Shown here piece after piece: positions 18,103-28,758 of a stretch of 64,000 nucleotides of DNA (the stretch's first letter is position 1; the number at the start of each line of letters is the position of its first letter). The translations under genes and the position numbers were made by a program. Below the pieces are notes generated by a model. It did not search any database. It saw nothing but the letters and a program-made list of their open reading frames with translations, and was not told the DNA's origin. The stretch is taken from positions 305,146-369,145 of the IMG/VR virus record IMGVR_UViG_3300045971_000577; one strand, written 5' to 3'.

Positions 18103-19883
18103 TCTTCTGTATCCGCAGTTTCTAGTGTTGTAAATCCACCTTCCTTTACTACCTTGAGTACGTTTGTTACTCTACCCATTAGTTCGTCTCTGTGCGAGAT
18201 AAGGAAAATATTTCTCTTGTTTTCTCTTCCCATCTTCTTAAGGATTCCGAGTGCTGCTTCCACACCACTTGTATCCAATCCAGAGTCAATCAATTCGTCA
18301 ATAAATAGCAAGTTGATCTTATCATTCATGCTCTCATAGACATCACGGAACGCCCAGCTCAATGATAGGATTAGTCGTGTGCGCTCTCCTCTACTGAGAT
18401 TATCAAAGTCGAACTCTTTACCGTATAGGGCAATTTCGACCTCCAAATCGCTTTTGAACTTCACCGCATGTGGCAGGCCAATATCTGTAAGATAATGTGC
18501 AAGACGGTGATTCAGCAAAGTCAAATTCTGATCGATAATCTTCTTTCTAATGAAACTATCTTTGCTTGTGAGCAATTTCATTAGAAATTCTTGATGGTCG
18601 CGCAGCTTAACAAGTTCGTTGAGCTTTGTAAAGTCGATGTCCTGTAAACCATCACGACGCAGGCTTTCGATCTGGTCGATGAACGGGTTTACACTGTCCA
18701 TTTCTTGTGCAAGGTTGTTACCAAGATTATCGAGTGTAGACTTGTGGTTGTATGCTTCGTCGATGGTTCTGTAGAATGTTTCTGGAACTTTCGGAATAAT
18801 TGATGAGACAGACTCCGCGAGAGTCTTTATTTCATCTCTTTTAGAAGATTTTTCTAAAAGTCTCTTCACTGCATCGTCGTGATCTTCTTTATCTTCGTCA
18901 TGCAGTTTCTTGTGAGTCTCCGCATCCATAGGCTGATTACACTTAGGGCAGATATCGTCTGAATAACTTGTTAAGTTTTTCTCGAGCCTGTTTTTGACCC
19001 GCGTGATCTCCGCAATCTCCTTATCGTACCCGGAGATTTCTTTTGTGAGGGATCTGTATTCTGCGGTAAGGTCTTCAATCTCTTTCTTTGTTTTGTGGAG
19101 CGCGATTTCAGAATCAATTTCGACTGAGAGCATCTCCATAATAGAGCTCTGCAAAACTTCAATCCTAGATACCTTAGCAGTTTCCCATGCTTTGGATTTA
19201 GTTTCAAGACCCTTAATATTCGTTTCGATTCGGCGGTTTGCTTCTGTAGCCGCCGTAATCCTAAACTCTTCTTCTTTGATTTCATCTCTCGTAACCTTTG
19301 CTTCTTCCTTTAGCTTTTCTGCTTTCTCAGAAAGTTTAGTGATACCGAGCAGTTGTTCAATGATGACACGTTGGTCATTGGTGCGCAATGCAAGAAATGG
19401 TTCGACATAAGTGTTTAGCGCAAGGATATGTTTGAACATATCATGCGAAACACCAATTAGACGTTCAATCTCTTCTTGCGTATGGCGATTTTCACCTTGT
19501 GCTTCGTTCGTATCTTTTTCTTCGCCGTCGTCTTTTTCTTCATCACCGTCTTTGATGAATTTGAAAATGCCAGGCTTACGCCCGCGTTCAATCTTATACC
19601 CAATACCGCTGACCTCAAAGGTCAGCGTGACCAACATGTGTTTCATGTTGGTTGCATTTATGAGATTATCCTTACGAATATTAGTAAGTGCCGATCCGTA
19701 TAGTCCGTACGATAATGCATTTACTATTGCTGATTTCCCGACACCGTTGCGATTATCGTTACCACCCAGATCTAGATTCTCCCCTAATACCAGCACAAGA
19801 TCAGCGTTAGTAAATACAAGTGACTGAGTAACATTTCCCACTGAGAGGAAATTTTTCATTGTTAGTGATTTTAGTTGGAACAT
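18099..19883 (-). CDS. gp46: Recombination endonuclease subunit gp46 (Rad50/SbcC ATPase)
   Basis: MKNFLSVGN, NGVGKS Walker A, CPKC hook, LSRGE signature, LLFIDE. Confidence 0.96.
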   Translation of the reverse strand: MFQLKSLTMKNFLSVGNVTQSLVFTNADLVLVLGENLDLGGNDNRNGVGKSAIVNALSYGLYGSALTNIRKDNLINATNMKHMLVTLTFEVSGIGYKIERGRKPGIFKFIKDGDEEKDDGEEKDTNEAQGENRHTQEEIERLIGVSHDMFKHILALNTYVEPFLALRTNDQRVIIEQLLGITKLSEKAEKLKEEAKVTRDEIKEEEFRITAATEANRRIETNIKGLETKSKAWETAKVSRIEVLQSSIMEMLSVEIDSEIALHKTKKEIEDLTAEYRSLTKEISGYDKEIAEITRVKNRLEKNLTSYSDDICPKCNQPMDAETHKKLHDEDKEDHDDAVKRLLEKSSKRDEIKTLAESVSSIIPKVPETFYRTIDEAYNHKSTLDNLGNNLAQEMDSVNPFIDQIESLRRDGLQDIDFTKLNELVKLRDHQEFLMKLLTSKDSFIRKKIIDQNLTLLNHRLAHYLTDIGLPHAVKFKSDLEVEIALYGKEFDFDNLSRGERTRLILSLSWAFRDVYESMNDKINLLFIDELIDSGLDTSGVEAALGILKKMGRENKRNIFLISHRDELMGRVTNVLKVVKEGGFTTLETADTEE

Positions 19884-20902
19884 TATAGCCTATTGTATAT
19901 TTCGATGAGCTTGTTTGGATCAAATGCATCGCTATCGATATTTGTCAACTGCTCGATCACAATCTGATCCACAGTCTTAAATGTAATATCGCCTGCATAA
20001 TCCTTTGCTAGCTCATCTTCCTGATTGCGTACTAACTTGAACTCTCGAACATCGTACGAACCCACAAATGTTTCTCTCAGAAACGTTGCCTCTTCGTAGG
20101 TTATATCTAAGTCTAATGTCACCTGAAGGTATGTTTTAGGCTTTAGATACAGGTCTGGATTAGCTAGTAATGCAGCAAGATTGATTGTGATAAAACGTGG
20201 ACCTTCGGTATAATCAATCAACTCCGGTACGCCGTCCCACTCTAAAAACATTCCGCCACGTTCAAAATCCCACACGTCAGAATAGTTGTGGCCGAACGGG
20301 TTGCCGATGTAGTTGATTTTACCCTTTGTTTGTCTCTTATGGAAGTGCCCAGAAAACACGTACTCTTGATGCGGGAAATGATCAGCATTTAGATTTCCGT
20401 GATCGGGCATTTCGACCATAGCATTCATTTTGAAACCCGGTAGCTCTAAGTGTCCAAAGAGATACTTTGTTTCAATATCAGCAACAGTCTTCCATTCTTC
20501 TTCAACAAGCCAAGGAATCAGTGCAACATCTCCACTGATAAATGGTTGGTCAACGAGTACAATATTAGGAAACTCGCTACCAACAATCATTGAATGAATT
20601 TCACGCTTCTCACGATAAAACAAATCGTGATTACCTACCATAATGTAGACTTTCTTAAAGGCAGCATTTAGCTTCCTAAGAGCCTGCATTGTGTAGTCAA
20701 GCGTAAGGATGTTGATATTAGATCTGTGGTGGTGCCAGTCGCCTAGAAAGAAACACGTTTCCGCACCCCTTTCCTTAGCAACTGAAATGATCCACTCAAC
20801 AAATTCGAGACAGTCTTGGTTATGCTCTCTCGAATTGTGTCTTAGTCCAAAGTGAATATCGGTGAAACAAACAGCTTTTTCGAATAGATTAATCGTGGTC
20901 AT
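19883..20902 (-). CDS. gp47: Recombination endonuclease subunit gp47 (Mre11/SbcD)
   Basis: DIHFG, LGDW, GNHD, GHLE, SGHFH metallophosphoesterase motifs. Confidence 0.96.
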   Translation of the reverse strand: MTTINLFEKAVCFTDIHFGLRHNSREHNQDCLEFVEWIISVAKERGAETCFFLGDWHHHRSNINILTLDYTMQALRKLNAAFKKVYIMVGNHDLFYREKREIHSMIVGSEFPNIVLVDQPFISGDVALIPWLVEEEWKTVADIETKYLFGHLELPGFKMNAMVEMPDHGNLNADHFPHQEYVFSGHFHKRQTKGKINYIGNPFGHNYSDVWDFERGGMFLEWDGVPELIDYTEGPRFITINLAALLANPDLYLKPKTYLQVTLDLDITYEEATFLRETFVGSYDVREFKLVRNQEDELAKDYAGDITFKTVDQIVIEQLTNIDSDAFDPNKLIEIYNRL

Positions 20903-21803
20903 CTTTGATAGATTCCTGTGCGTCTTCTCTCAAGCGACGGATCTCACCTTCGAGGGCAAGTTGTCGCGAAAAACTCGGGCTTGCGCCACTATCGATAAGC
21001 ATGTCATCACGCAAATCTTGGTTCTTCTTTTCTAAGTTGAGCACACGGGTAAAGCTATTCGAGACGCTTGCTGTGTAATACGAGAATGGGTTGTCGGACT
21101 TATATTCGTCGAACTGTAATCCCATTTGTGCAAGTTGAAGCAACGCCTGTCCCTTCATTTCATCAATGTAGGTATAGCCGCGCCAGTTGCCACGCTGGCC
21201 ATACTTATTCACCATAAGAATAAACATCTTTGCTAGCTTGTTTGTAATGGATCCGTGTTCGGAACTGAATTTACCCTTCTTTGAATGCGATCTGCCAACT
21301 TCTTTCGCTTGACCATTTTCAATTACATAATGCTTGAAGGGATAGAAGTTTAGCTTCATATAGCTGTCTGCTGTACTCTTTGGTGTCTTCTTTCTACCCG
21401 GCGCAAGAGGGATATGATCAAATCCCAGTACGCGGAATACAAGATCGTCGACCGGTACAGTGGTAGGGCTAATCTTATACTCAGCCAGACGTGGCTTGTC
21501 AGCCTTTGTCATCACTACTGTATTCGCTACCGCAATCTCGAATGCGGCAACAGCAATCCGTGCTGCGCGAGTTGCTTTACCCTTTTCTTGGATTTCTGGA
21601 AGGAATATGTCTTGCAGATCTTCTACGATTACATCGTAATCGCTGTACTTAGGATCAATATATTCACAAAACGAATTTTTGCTCCGGTGAATCTCCTTCA
21701 ACATATCCTTATTGTTTAGATAGTTAATTTTCTTTACAGGTGCAATTGTCATCATTACTGGTGCTGCTTCTTGTTTGTCATCATCATCGAATTCGTCGAT
21801 CAT
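20889..21803 (-). CDS. gp55: Late transcription sigma factor (gp55)
   Basis: NYLNNKDML, NWRGYTYIDEM, FDEYKSDNPFSYYT; adjacent to gp47. Confidence 0.88.
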   Translation of the reverse strand: MIDEFDDDDKQEAAPVMMTIAPVKKINYLNNKDMLKEIHRSKNSFCEYIDPKYSDYDVIVEDLQDIFLPEIQEKGKATRAARIAVAAFEIAVANTVVMTKADKPRLAEYKISPTTVPVDDLVFRVLGFDHIPLAPGRKKTPKSTADSYMKLNFYPFKHYVIENGQAKEVGRSHSKKGKFSSEHGSITNKLAKMFILMVNKYGQRGNWRGYTYIDEMKGQALLQLAQMGLQFDEYKSDNPFSYYTASVSNSFTRVLNLEKKNQDLRDDMLIDSGASPSFSRQLALEGEIRRLREDAQESIKDDHD

Positions 21804-21829
21804 TGATTGGTCTCCTAAGGGTTTCGTGA

Positions 21830-21858
21830 AGTATAAAGCATTCGCCGTCGAATGTCAA
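21830..21858 (-). promoter_or_regulatory. Sigma70 promoter of the gp55-gp47-gp46 operon
   Basis: TTGACA-17-TATACT followed by an AGGAG RBS. Confidence 0.8.
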
Positions 21859-21892
21859 GAATTTCTGGATAAAAGCATATGTTTATGACTAA

Positions 21893-21900
21893 GATAAATA
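21893..21900 (+). promoter_or_regulatory. Late promoter GATAAATA of the baseplate operon
   Basis: Upstream of AAGGAG and the ATG at 21921. Confidence 0.65.
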
Positions 21901-21920
21901 AGCAAAGCAAGGAGAATAGT

Positions 21921-22592
21921 ATGCCAGCAGTAGATTTTAGAGCAAGGTTACAACCGAAAAGTATAATTAATGCTGTAGATATTCTCGGACCACGAGATAA
22001 CACAAATATTCTTTTTCCTTTATATCGGACTAACGGCGTTCTATTTCCGTATACCCCGACAGTGTCAACCGGAGCAACAGCCGAATATGATCAGATGCCA
22101 TTTGTACACTCTAACTATTCGTATAACTCGTATATAAGATCTTTTCCAAAACCTATCAGTATATCTGCTGAGTTCACTGCACAGTCAAACGATGAAGCAT
22201 TGTATTTATTAGCTGTGATACATTTCTTTCGGTCCGTTACGAAATCTTATTTTGGCATCACCCCCTATAATAAGGCCGGCACCCCACCACCTACACTCTT
22301 ATTCAACTACCTTGGCCAATATCAGTTCAATAATGTACCTGTTATTGTCAAGTCATTTGATTACTCGTACGAAGCAACAGTCGATTATGTACCTGTAAGT
22401 ACCACCACTCCTCAAATTTATAGTGCCGGCCTTGGAGTAAATCTCCCGGGAAGTACCGGGTTTACCTATGTGCCGACACACATAAAGGTGACTGTAGAAC
22501 TAGACACGCAATACATACCTATCAAGATAAGAAATGAATTCAATCTCGATAAGTTTAGACAGGGAAAACTAATGGATAAGGGTTATATCTAA
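21921..22592 (+). CDS. Baseplate tail-tube initiator/cap-like protein
   Basis: Start refined to MPAVD by RBS; GVLFPYTP, GTPPP..F...GQYQFNNVPV tube-like motifs. Confidence 0.65.
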   Translation: MPAVDFRARLQPKSIINAVDILGPRDNTNILFPLYRTNGVLFPYTPTVSTGATAEYDQMPFVHSNYSYNSYIRSFPKPISISAEFTAQSNDEALYLLAVIHFFRSVTKSYFGITPYNKAGTPPPTLLFNYLGQYQFNNVPVIVKSFDYSYEATVDYVPVSTTTPQIYSAGLGVNLPGSTGFTYVPTHIKVTVELDTQYIPIKIRNEFNLDKFRQGKLMDKGYI

Positions 22593-22879
22593 TGGCACAA
22601 AACTTCAAAGATACAAGTCAATATTTTCAGACACCGGTGTCGAACTGGTATCTAGATTTATGGGTGCCGCGTACAGTGCCGGCGAGCGACTTTGATAAGA
22701 TAGTCGCTATTCCACCGGAGTTCGACCAAAGACCAGATTTAATGAGCCAGCAGGAATATGGTACTCCGCGGCTATGGTGGGTATTTTGCGTAAGAAATCC
22801 AAATCTAATGGCAGACCCCATTAACGACTTTATTTCGGGATTAGAAATCTATGTCCCGGCTAACATTCTAAAACAATAA
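22592..22879 (+). CDS. gp53: Baseplate wedge protein gp53-like (LysM-like)
   Basis: RPDLMSQQEYGTPRLWWVF..N..DPI. Confidence 0.8.
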   Translation: MAQNFKDTSQYFQTPVSNWYLDLWVPRTVPASDFDKIVAIPPEFDQRPDLMSQQEYGTPRLWWVFCVRNPNLMADPINDFISGLEIYVPANILKQ

Positions 22880-22880
22880 T

Positions 22881-25517
22881 ATGGCAGCAAGCGGCGCATC
22901 ACAGAGTAGCAAGGGGTTCGGGTCCGGTGGCAAGGTCATCGACAAGTCGGTTGCTGGTGGAATAAGACCACCAGCAACACCGGGTGCGGCGAGACCACCT
23001 GCATCCGCACCCCCGGTAGTACAGGGTAATTCCTTTGCCCATAAACCAGGAAACGTAGTCTCAGATGATAAGTTTCAACTAAATCTTGCATTCCAACCAA
23101 ATATATTAGATAACTTCGATGTGTATACATATCATTGGAAACTATTTATAGTAGATCCAGAAAGTGCTGCCACCGGCAAGATTCTAGAAACAAAGAACCA
23201 AACTATCATTGCGGAATCTGGCGTAACTGATCTTACAATCGATAAGGTCGACATTCGCGGAATAACAACACCCTCTATCGAAACGGGCACTGGTGTAGCA
23301 ACAAACGTAAAGTTTGAAATCACCGAACCATCGGGTGCTGGCCTTATTGATAAGATATTCTATCAAGCAATAGGGCTCGGTATAGGAAACTGGTCGGTTA
23401 TGCCAGTGTATTTGCAGCTTCAGTTTCGTGGTAGAGATCCCACTACATCGGAATCGTTGATCGACGGTGCAGCCGGTAGTATTGCCACACTAAAATGGGT
23501 ATGGCCATTGAAACTAACAACAATTAAGGCCAACGTGACCACGGTAGGCACTAGATATGATTTCGAAGCAATCATATATAACGAACTTGCACAATCCAAT
23601 GCATATTTTACTATGATGAGCAGCGTGGTACTTAGTAATCTAAAAAATGTTACAGATGCGCTAAATGAACTACAAGATAAGCTGAATGCTGATCAAATGC
23701 TAAAACTGATTGACAACTATAGCATACCCGATATATTCAAGATTGTTGTTGATCCTGCCATTGCAGGCGAAGAACTATTTGCATTCAACAGTAACGAAGA
23801 TTCTTCAAGAAGTGGATCAATGACTGCGCTCGATAAAAAGGATGCTACGTTTGGTCCGGGCACCTCTGTAGATAAGATTATCGACACCATTTTGGCCCAT
23901 ACTCCTAAGTTTCAGAAAAGTATGGTGGGATCGGATACACCCGGTGCAGAAGGTAAACCGTCGACATCGGATCCTTCGCAAATGAAAAAGATGTGGAGAA
24001 TCATCACCGAATCTCGTCCATTACAGTTCGATCCACGACGATTAGACGATGCAAGAGAGTTTACGATATTTGTGATAGAATATGATGTTGGAGTCCTTGA
24101 ATCTAACGTATTTCAAGAAGCAAACGGCAAAGACTCAATTGCCGCTGAACGTAAGCGACTTATTTCTTATCTTGATAAGAGTATATTAAAGAAAAAATAT
24201 AATTACATATTCACCGGCCTAAACGATCAGATTATCAATTTTGATCTAACTGTGAATAATGCATTTGCGGTATCGCAATCCAGAATGGGTGGCATATATA
24301 GTAATCTAGCAATGTCGAGTAAAGGTATTATTACACAAGATAATGCAGCAGCCGAAGCAGCCATTACAGAGAGACTGAGCGCGGCAATATCATTCAATAA
24401 TACAGCACAGCCGGGCATTCATAATGTGAAATCTATAAAAGACAGTCAAGCATCCATAACCTCTGCGATAAATGCATCCTCGTTATCGGAAGATACAAAG
24501 AACAGATATATTACTTTATTGGAACAATCAAAACCAGAAAACAGAACAAACTTTCTAAATCAAAGTGCATACGGTGGTATAAATAATGACGGCAAGTTAG
24601 GTGTCGCACGAGCTAAGGCAACAAATCTTGCCAAACCGCAGTCTGAACAAATAACTAATCAACAGTTGAATTTTATATCTGATGTAAATACAAATCTAAA
24701 AGATCCAAAAAACGCCGCCACTGTCGGTGCATATAATGCCTATCTTGAAGGAGTAAAGGGTAAGCTAAGGCCTATCGCCCACATCGAGCAACTGCAAGAT
24801 AAACAAATCGGCCAGAGTATAGAATCGAGCAGTAATTCCGGGATTCAGAAACTATCTAGTATGTTTTCTGTAGCAATGCACAGTAGTCTAGATTCGTCAT
24901 TTCAGTCAATAAAACTTACAATCAAGGGAGATCCATTCTGGCTATTCCCACAACCGTTCTCTGGAGATAATAGGCCGATATATAACACATTGAAAGATCC
25001 AGTTATTGCTATAGATTGGATCAAGAATGCCCATTTTAGGGCAGCAGGCGAGTATGCTAACTATTATGGCACAGATAACTTTTTGATTATACGATTTAGA
25101 ACCCCGCGTATATATACTTCAGAAGAGACATCGGCTGAGACCACTATGTTCAACGAAGTAGCTACATTCAGCGGCGTGTATAAGGTGACCCGAGTTTCCA
25201 GCAGCTTTGCATCAGGTAAATTTACCCAAGAACTAGAATGTATATTAGACCCATTTATCAATATCGTGAACTTCTCAGCTGAGATTGAAGGAAATGCCGA
25301 GAAGAAAGATGTTGCAACATCGGAAGCCGAACCAAGAACTTATTCGGATATTCCGCCCACCGCAGTAAAAACACAGAAGCTTGCTACTCTGCCAACAACT
25401 AACGGTAAGGGTGTAGTAAGCGAAGGTGCGAATGCCAATGATCTAAGTACACGATTGGCAAATGATGCGAAACTTGCTAAGACAGTAACAATGAACGATC
25501 TCCTGGGTAAAAAATGA
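22881..25517 (+). CDS. Baseplate hub protein (gp27-like position)
   Basis: 878 aa between gp53 and gp5; IKGDPFWL and FSGVYKVTRVSSSF..GKFTQ.L hub-like motifs. Confidence 0.6.
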   Translation: MAASGASQSSKGFGSGGKVIDKSVAGGIRPPATPGAARPPASAPPVVQGNSFAHKPGNVVSDDKFQLNLAFQPNILDNFDVYTYHWKLFIVDPESAATGKILETKNQTIIAESGVTDLTIDKVDIRGITTPSIETGTGVATNVKFEITEPSGAGLIDKIFYQAIGLGIGNWSVMPVYLQLQFRGRDPTTSESLIDGAAGSIATLKWVWPLKLTTIKANVTTVGTRYDFEAIIYNELAQSNAYFTMMSSVVLSNLKNVTDALNELQDKLNADQMLKLIDNYSIPDIFKIVVDPAIAGEELFAFNSNEDSSRSGSMTALDKKDATFGPGTSVDKIIDTILAHTPKFQKSMVGSDTPGAEGKPSTSDPSQMKKMWRIITESRPLQFDPRRLDDAREFTIFVIEYDVGVLESNVFQEANGKDSIAAERKRLISYLDKSILKKKYNYIFTGLNDQIINFDLTVNNAFAVSQSRMGGIYSNLAMSSKGIITQDNAAAEAAITERLSAAISFNNTAQPGIHNVKSIKDSQASITSAINASSLSEDTKNRYITLLEQSKPENRTNFLNQSAYGGINNDGKLGVARAKATNLAKPQSEQITNQQLNFISDVNTNLKDPKNAATVGAYNAYLEGVKGKLRPIAHIEQLQDKQIGQSIESSSNSGIQKLSSMFSVAMHSSLDSSFQSIKLTIKGDPFWLFPQPFSGDNRPIYNTLKDPVIAIDWIKNAHFRAAGEYANYYGTDNFLIIRFRTPRIYTSEETSAETTMFNEVATFSGVYKVTRVSSSFASGKFTQELECILDPFINIVNFSAEIEGNAEKKDVATSEAEPRTYSDIPPTAVKTQKLATLPTTNGKGVVSEGANANDLSTRLANDAKLAKTVTMNDLLGKK

Positions 25518-27925
25518 CATATCTAAATACAAATGAACGAACTGTTTCTGCCACTGCTAATGAGCGGTTCCAGGGACTTGGCAGACAACCTGCACTGTTC
25601 GGGCTCTTCATCGGGTTCGTAAAGAACGCCGATGATGTACAAAGAAACGGCCGTCTGCAAGTGTGGATTCCAGATTTTGGATCAGCACCTACTGAACAGC
25701 AAAGCTGGATTACCGTAAATTATTGTTCTCCATTTGCTGGCGCCACAAACGTAGCCACAACAAGTAAGTCCGATATAAAAACATTCGACGGCACACAAAC
25801 CTCCTACGGTATGTGGATGATTCCTCCCGACATAAACAACGAAGTAGCGGTGATGTTCATCGGTGGTGACCCATCAAAAGGTATTTGGATCGGTTGCTTG
25901 TATAATCAGTATATGAATAATATGGTTCCGGGTATGGCAGCCGACACAAAAAGTTGGCAATATCCGGGCAAGCCAGTGCCTGTTGCCGAATATAATAAGA
26001 ATGATAGTAGTATAACTAGGCCAGATGCAGCATATAGTCCCTATCAGAAAACAAAGTTCAAGGGATTAGGTAATCAAGGGCTAATCAGGGATGAGGGCAG
26101 AGGCATTACCACTTCCAGCGCACGTCGTGAATCGCCGAGTAATGTATTTGGTATTATTACTCCGGGCCCGGTGGTCGACATAAATGCTACTCCAGAAAAT
26201 ATCAGACGTAAAGGTGGTTCGTCATTCATAATGGACGATGGCGCCGGTTCTGAATATGTTCAACTAACAACAAAGACTGGAGCACAGATTAGACTAGATG
26301 AAACAAACGGATTTGTGTATCTAATCAACCGTGACGGAACATCGTGGGTGCAAATGGATCAACACGGTAACATCGACATATTCGGTGCCAACAATATCTC
26401 GATGAGATCGCAACGAGATTTCAATATCAGAGCCGATCGAAATATCAACATAGAAGCCGGTCAGAATATATTCATTAAGGCAGCAAAAGACACAATTGAA
26501 GAGACTACATCATTCACCTATGATGTAAATAATGCGCCCGAATCACTGACTATTCCTGTTTACGCATATAAGGGCGAAGGTAAAGGTGCTGGCGGAAATA
26601 TCGTTATGCAGGCGCTAAACAACTGGCATAGCACGACTCAGAGCAATGCATTTCTGACAGTAGTTGACAACAATATGGATATCAAAATCGGTAATGCTCT
26701 TGGGATGACTACCACAAACGGTGGACAAGATTTCAACTCAAAATTGGGTATAAAGATAACCACTGATGCTGCATTTGACTTAGCAGTAACAGGTAACATT
26801 CGTGCAGGATCAAAAGGTTCTGTTTCTATAGTAGGGACAAGCGATGTTATTGTGTGTTCTTCCGCAGGCATTTCTATAAACTCTCAGGGCGATATCAAAG
26901 AAGTTGCTGCCGGAAATCTGCTAATGACATCCGGTAATATTATAACTTCCGCCAGCGCGCTGAGTTTCGGGGGTACAGCAAGTATTGCAGGTATGACTAC
27001 CCTTGCAGGCGGATTAATGGCTGCGGGTCCTGTTTCGTTAGGAGGCGCCGCACCATTTACACCTGCAGGCGATACAAATCCTACAGCGAGTGAGGGCGCA
27101 TTATCAGCATCTACGGCACGTCCTGCTGAAGTAAAACCACTAAACGATAAGATCAATATTCTTGCAACCTGGGAAAACGAAGAAAATAAGTTCAAGAGAA
27201 ATGCACTTTCGGTAAGAACTACAGTCTCGAGATATCCTACATACGAACCGTGTCCCGAACATGAAAAGTTTGTGTTTGGTGATATAGCAGGATTCGCACC
27301 AGAGATAACCGAAAGTGACAAAACATACGAAGGATCAAGTGGAGTAGGAAACTCAGCAACAGTTGCACCTGCAGGCTCCACTACCCCTGGCGCAAATAAC
27401 ACGTCAATCGAGGGTGATCCAGTAACAGATAGCAGTACTGGGAAAGATATAAACATGAATGCACTTCGTAACCAATTGATTATTCACGAAGGAAAGAAGG
27501 ACAAAGTATATCTAGACACCGGCGGATTATTACATAGCGGGATAGGTCATTTATTACGCGCAGGCGAAGCAGCCCAGTTCCCATTAGACTCGCCTATTTC
27601 AGAGACACAAATCGAATCATGGTTTACACAAGATTCGACATCAGCAATAAAGATTTCCCAGGAACTACTCGGGGATACGTGGAGTGAACTGTCCGATATT
27701 AGAAAACGAGCAATGGTTGATCTTTCCTATAATATAGGCAAGGCCAGGCTGTCAAAGTTTACTAAGTTTATTTCAACAATGAAGTCAGCAGATTTTAATG
27801 CTGCGGGCGATGCTCTACGCAGCTCGAAATGGTTTGTACAGGTAGGCCGTCGTGGGCTTAGTGTGGTCTCAATGATTGTCAACAACATCGATCCAACAGG
27901 ATCTGATAAAAAGTTTCCGAGATAA
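25514..27925 (+). CDS. gp5: Baseplate central spike gp5-like with C-terminal T4-type lysozyme
   Basis: OB-fold (GRLQVWIP, GMWMIPPD), beta-helix repeats, HEG...YLDT.G...GIGHLL, SKWFVQVGRR. Confidence 0.88.
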   Translation: MTYLNTNERTVSATANERFQGLGRQPALFGLFIGFVKNADDVQRNGRLQVWIPDFGSAPTEQQSWITVNYCSPFAGATNVATTSKSDIKTFDGTQTSYGMWMIPPDINNEVAVMFIGGDPSKGIWIGCLYNQYMNNMVPGMAADTKSWQYPGKPVPVAEYNKNDSSITRPDAAYSPYQKTKFKGLGNQGLIRDEGRGITTSSARRESPSNVFGIITPGPVVDINATPENIRRKGGSSFIMDDGAGSEYVQLTTKTGAQIRLDETNGFVYLINRDGTSWVQMDQHGNIDIFGANNISMRSQRDFNIRADRNINIEAGQNIFIKAAKDTIEETTSFTYDVNNAPESLTIPVYAYKGEGKGAGGNIVMQALNNWHSTTQSNAFLTVVDNNMDIKIGNALGMTTTNGGQDFNSKLGIKITTDAAFDLAVTGNIRAGSKGSVSIVGTSDVIVCSSAGISINSQGDIKEVAAGNLLMTSGNIITSASALSFGGTASIAGMTTLAGGLMAAGPVSLGGAAPFTPAGDTNPTASEGALSASTARPAEVKPLNDKINILATWENEENKFKRNALSVRTTVSRYPTYEPCPEHEKFVFGDIAGFAPEITESDKTYEGSSGVGNSATVAPAGSTTPGANNTSIEGDPVTDSSTGKDINMNALRNQLIIHEGKKDKVYLDTGGLLHSGIGHLLRAGEAAQFPLDSPISETQIESWFTQDSTSAIKISQELLGDTWSELSDIRKRAMVDLSYNIGKARLSKFTKFISTMKSADFNAAGDALRSSKWFVQVGRRGLSVVSMIVNNIDPTGSDKKFPR

Positions 27926-27928
27926 TAT

Positions 27929-28705
27929 ATGTCATGCGCTCCTCCAACAATCACCGTAGGTGGTGTAACAATATCCACAAGCGATTTTCAGAATGCGAAA
28001 GATCTTATCGATCTTGTCAGTGGTGACGGTGGCGATCCTACTCTTGACGGATATGATGAAAATATTGCTGGCGGAAACAATACATCTGGACGCCGCGGAG
28101 TTCAGCTAGGTAGCATATCTACTCAGACAAGTTTACCATCGAGTATCGCACATTCATCATCTATGACCGATATGACTCCGGCTAAAGGCGGGAATGGTTC
28201 ACCTATCCCCGCCACAATATGGAATCGTAACTATGATTATCTGCTTAGTACCAACTTCACAGTGAAGAGTCTAACCGTAGGCACACTATTTCCAAATCAA
28301 CTATCTAATTATATGTCATACACACAGGATGCAAGATTTTGTAATCTGCAGAATCTATCTGTGAATATTTTAGAACCATTATTGGCAAAGTTTGGAAAGA
28401 TAACAGTTAACTCCGGTATTAGAAATGCAACATCAACCCCATCTGGTGTAAGCCAACATATTACCGGCCAGGCATGTGACATTCAAGTGCAGGGATGGAC
28501 ATATGCAAGATATTGGGATGCAGCAATATGGATAAAGAATAACATTCCGTTTGACCAGTTTATCTTCGAACACAGTGATAAGACCGGACTCGCATGGTTT
28601 CATTTGAGTTATAACAAAGACGGAAACCGACCTGTTTCTGCACCTACAAAAGTAATGACAATGTATAGAAACCAATACGATGCTGGACTAAAACGCTTCG
28701 GATAA
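27929..28705 (+). CDS. Peptidase M15 family zinc peptidoglycan peptidase
   Basis: NSGIR, SQHITGQACDI, WFHLS. Confidence 0.85.
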   Translation: MSCAPPTITVGGVTISTSDFQNAKDLIDLVSGDGGDPTLDGYDENIAGGNNTSGRRGVQLGSISTQTSLPSSIAHSSSMTDMTPAKGGNGSPIPATIWNRNYDYLLSTNFTVKSLTVGTLFPNQLSNYMSYTQDARFCNLQNLSVNILEPLLAKFGKITVNSGIRNATSTPSGVSQHITGQACDIQVQGWTYARYWDAAIWIKNNIPFDQFIFEHSDKTGLAWFHLSYNKDGNRPVSAPTKVMTMYRNQYDAGLKRFG

Positions 28706-28734
28706 CAAACAATAAAGCATCATATAATATCCCT

Positions 28735-28742
28735 GATAAATA
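28735..28742 (+). promoter_or_regulatory. Late promoter GATAAATA
   Basis: Upstream of the GGGAG RBS of gp25. Confidence 0.65.
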
Positions 28743-28758
28743 AAGAAAAGGGAGTATT

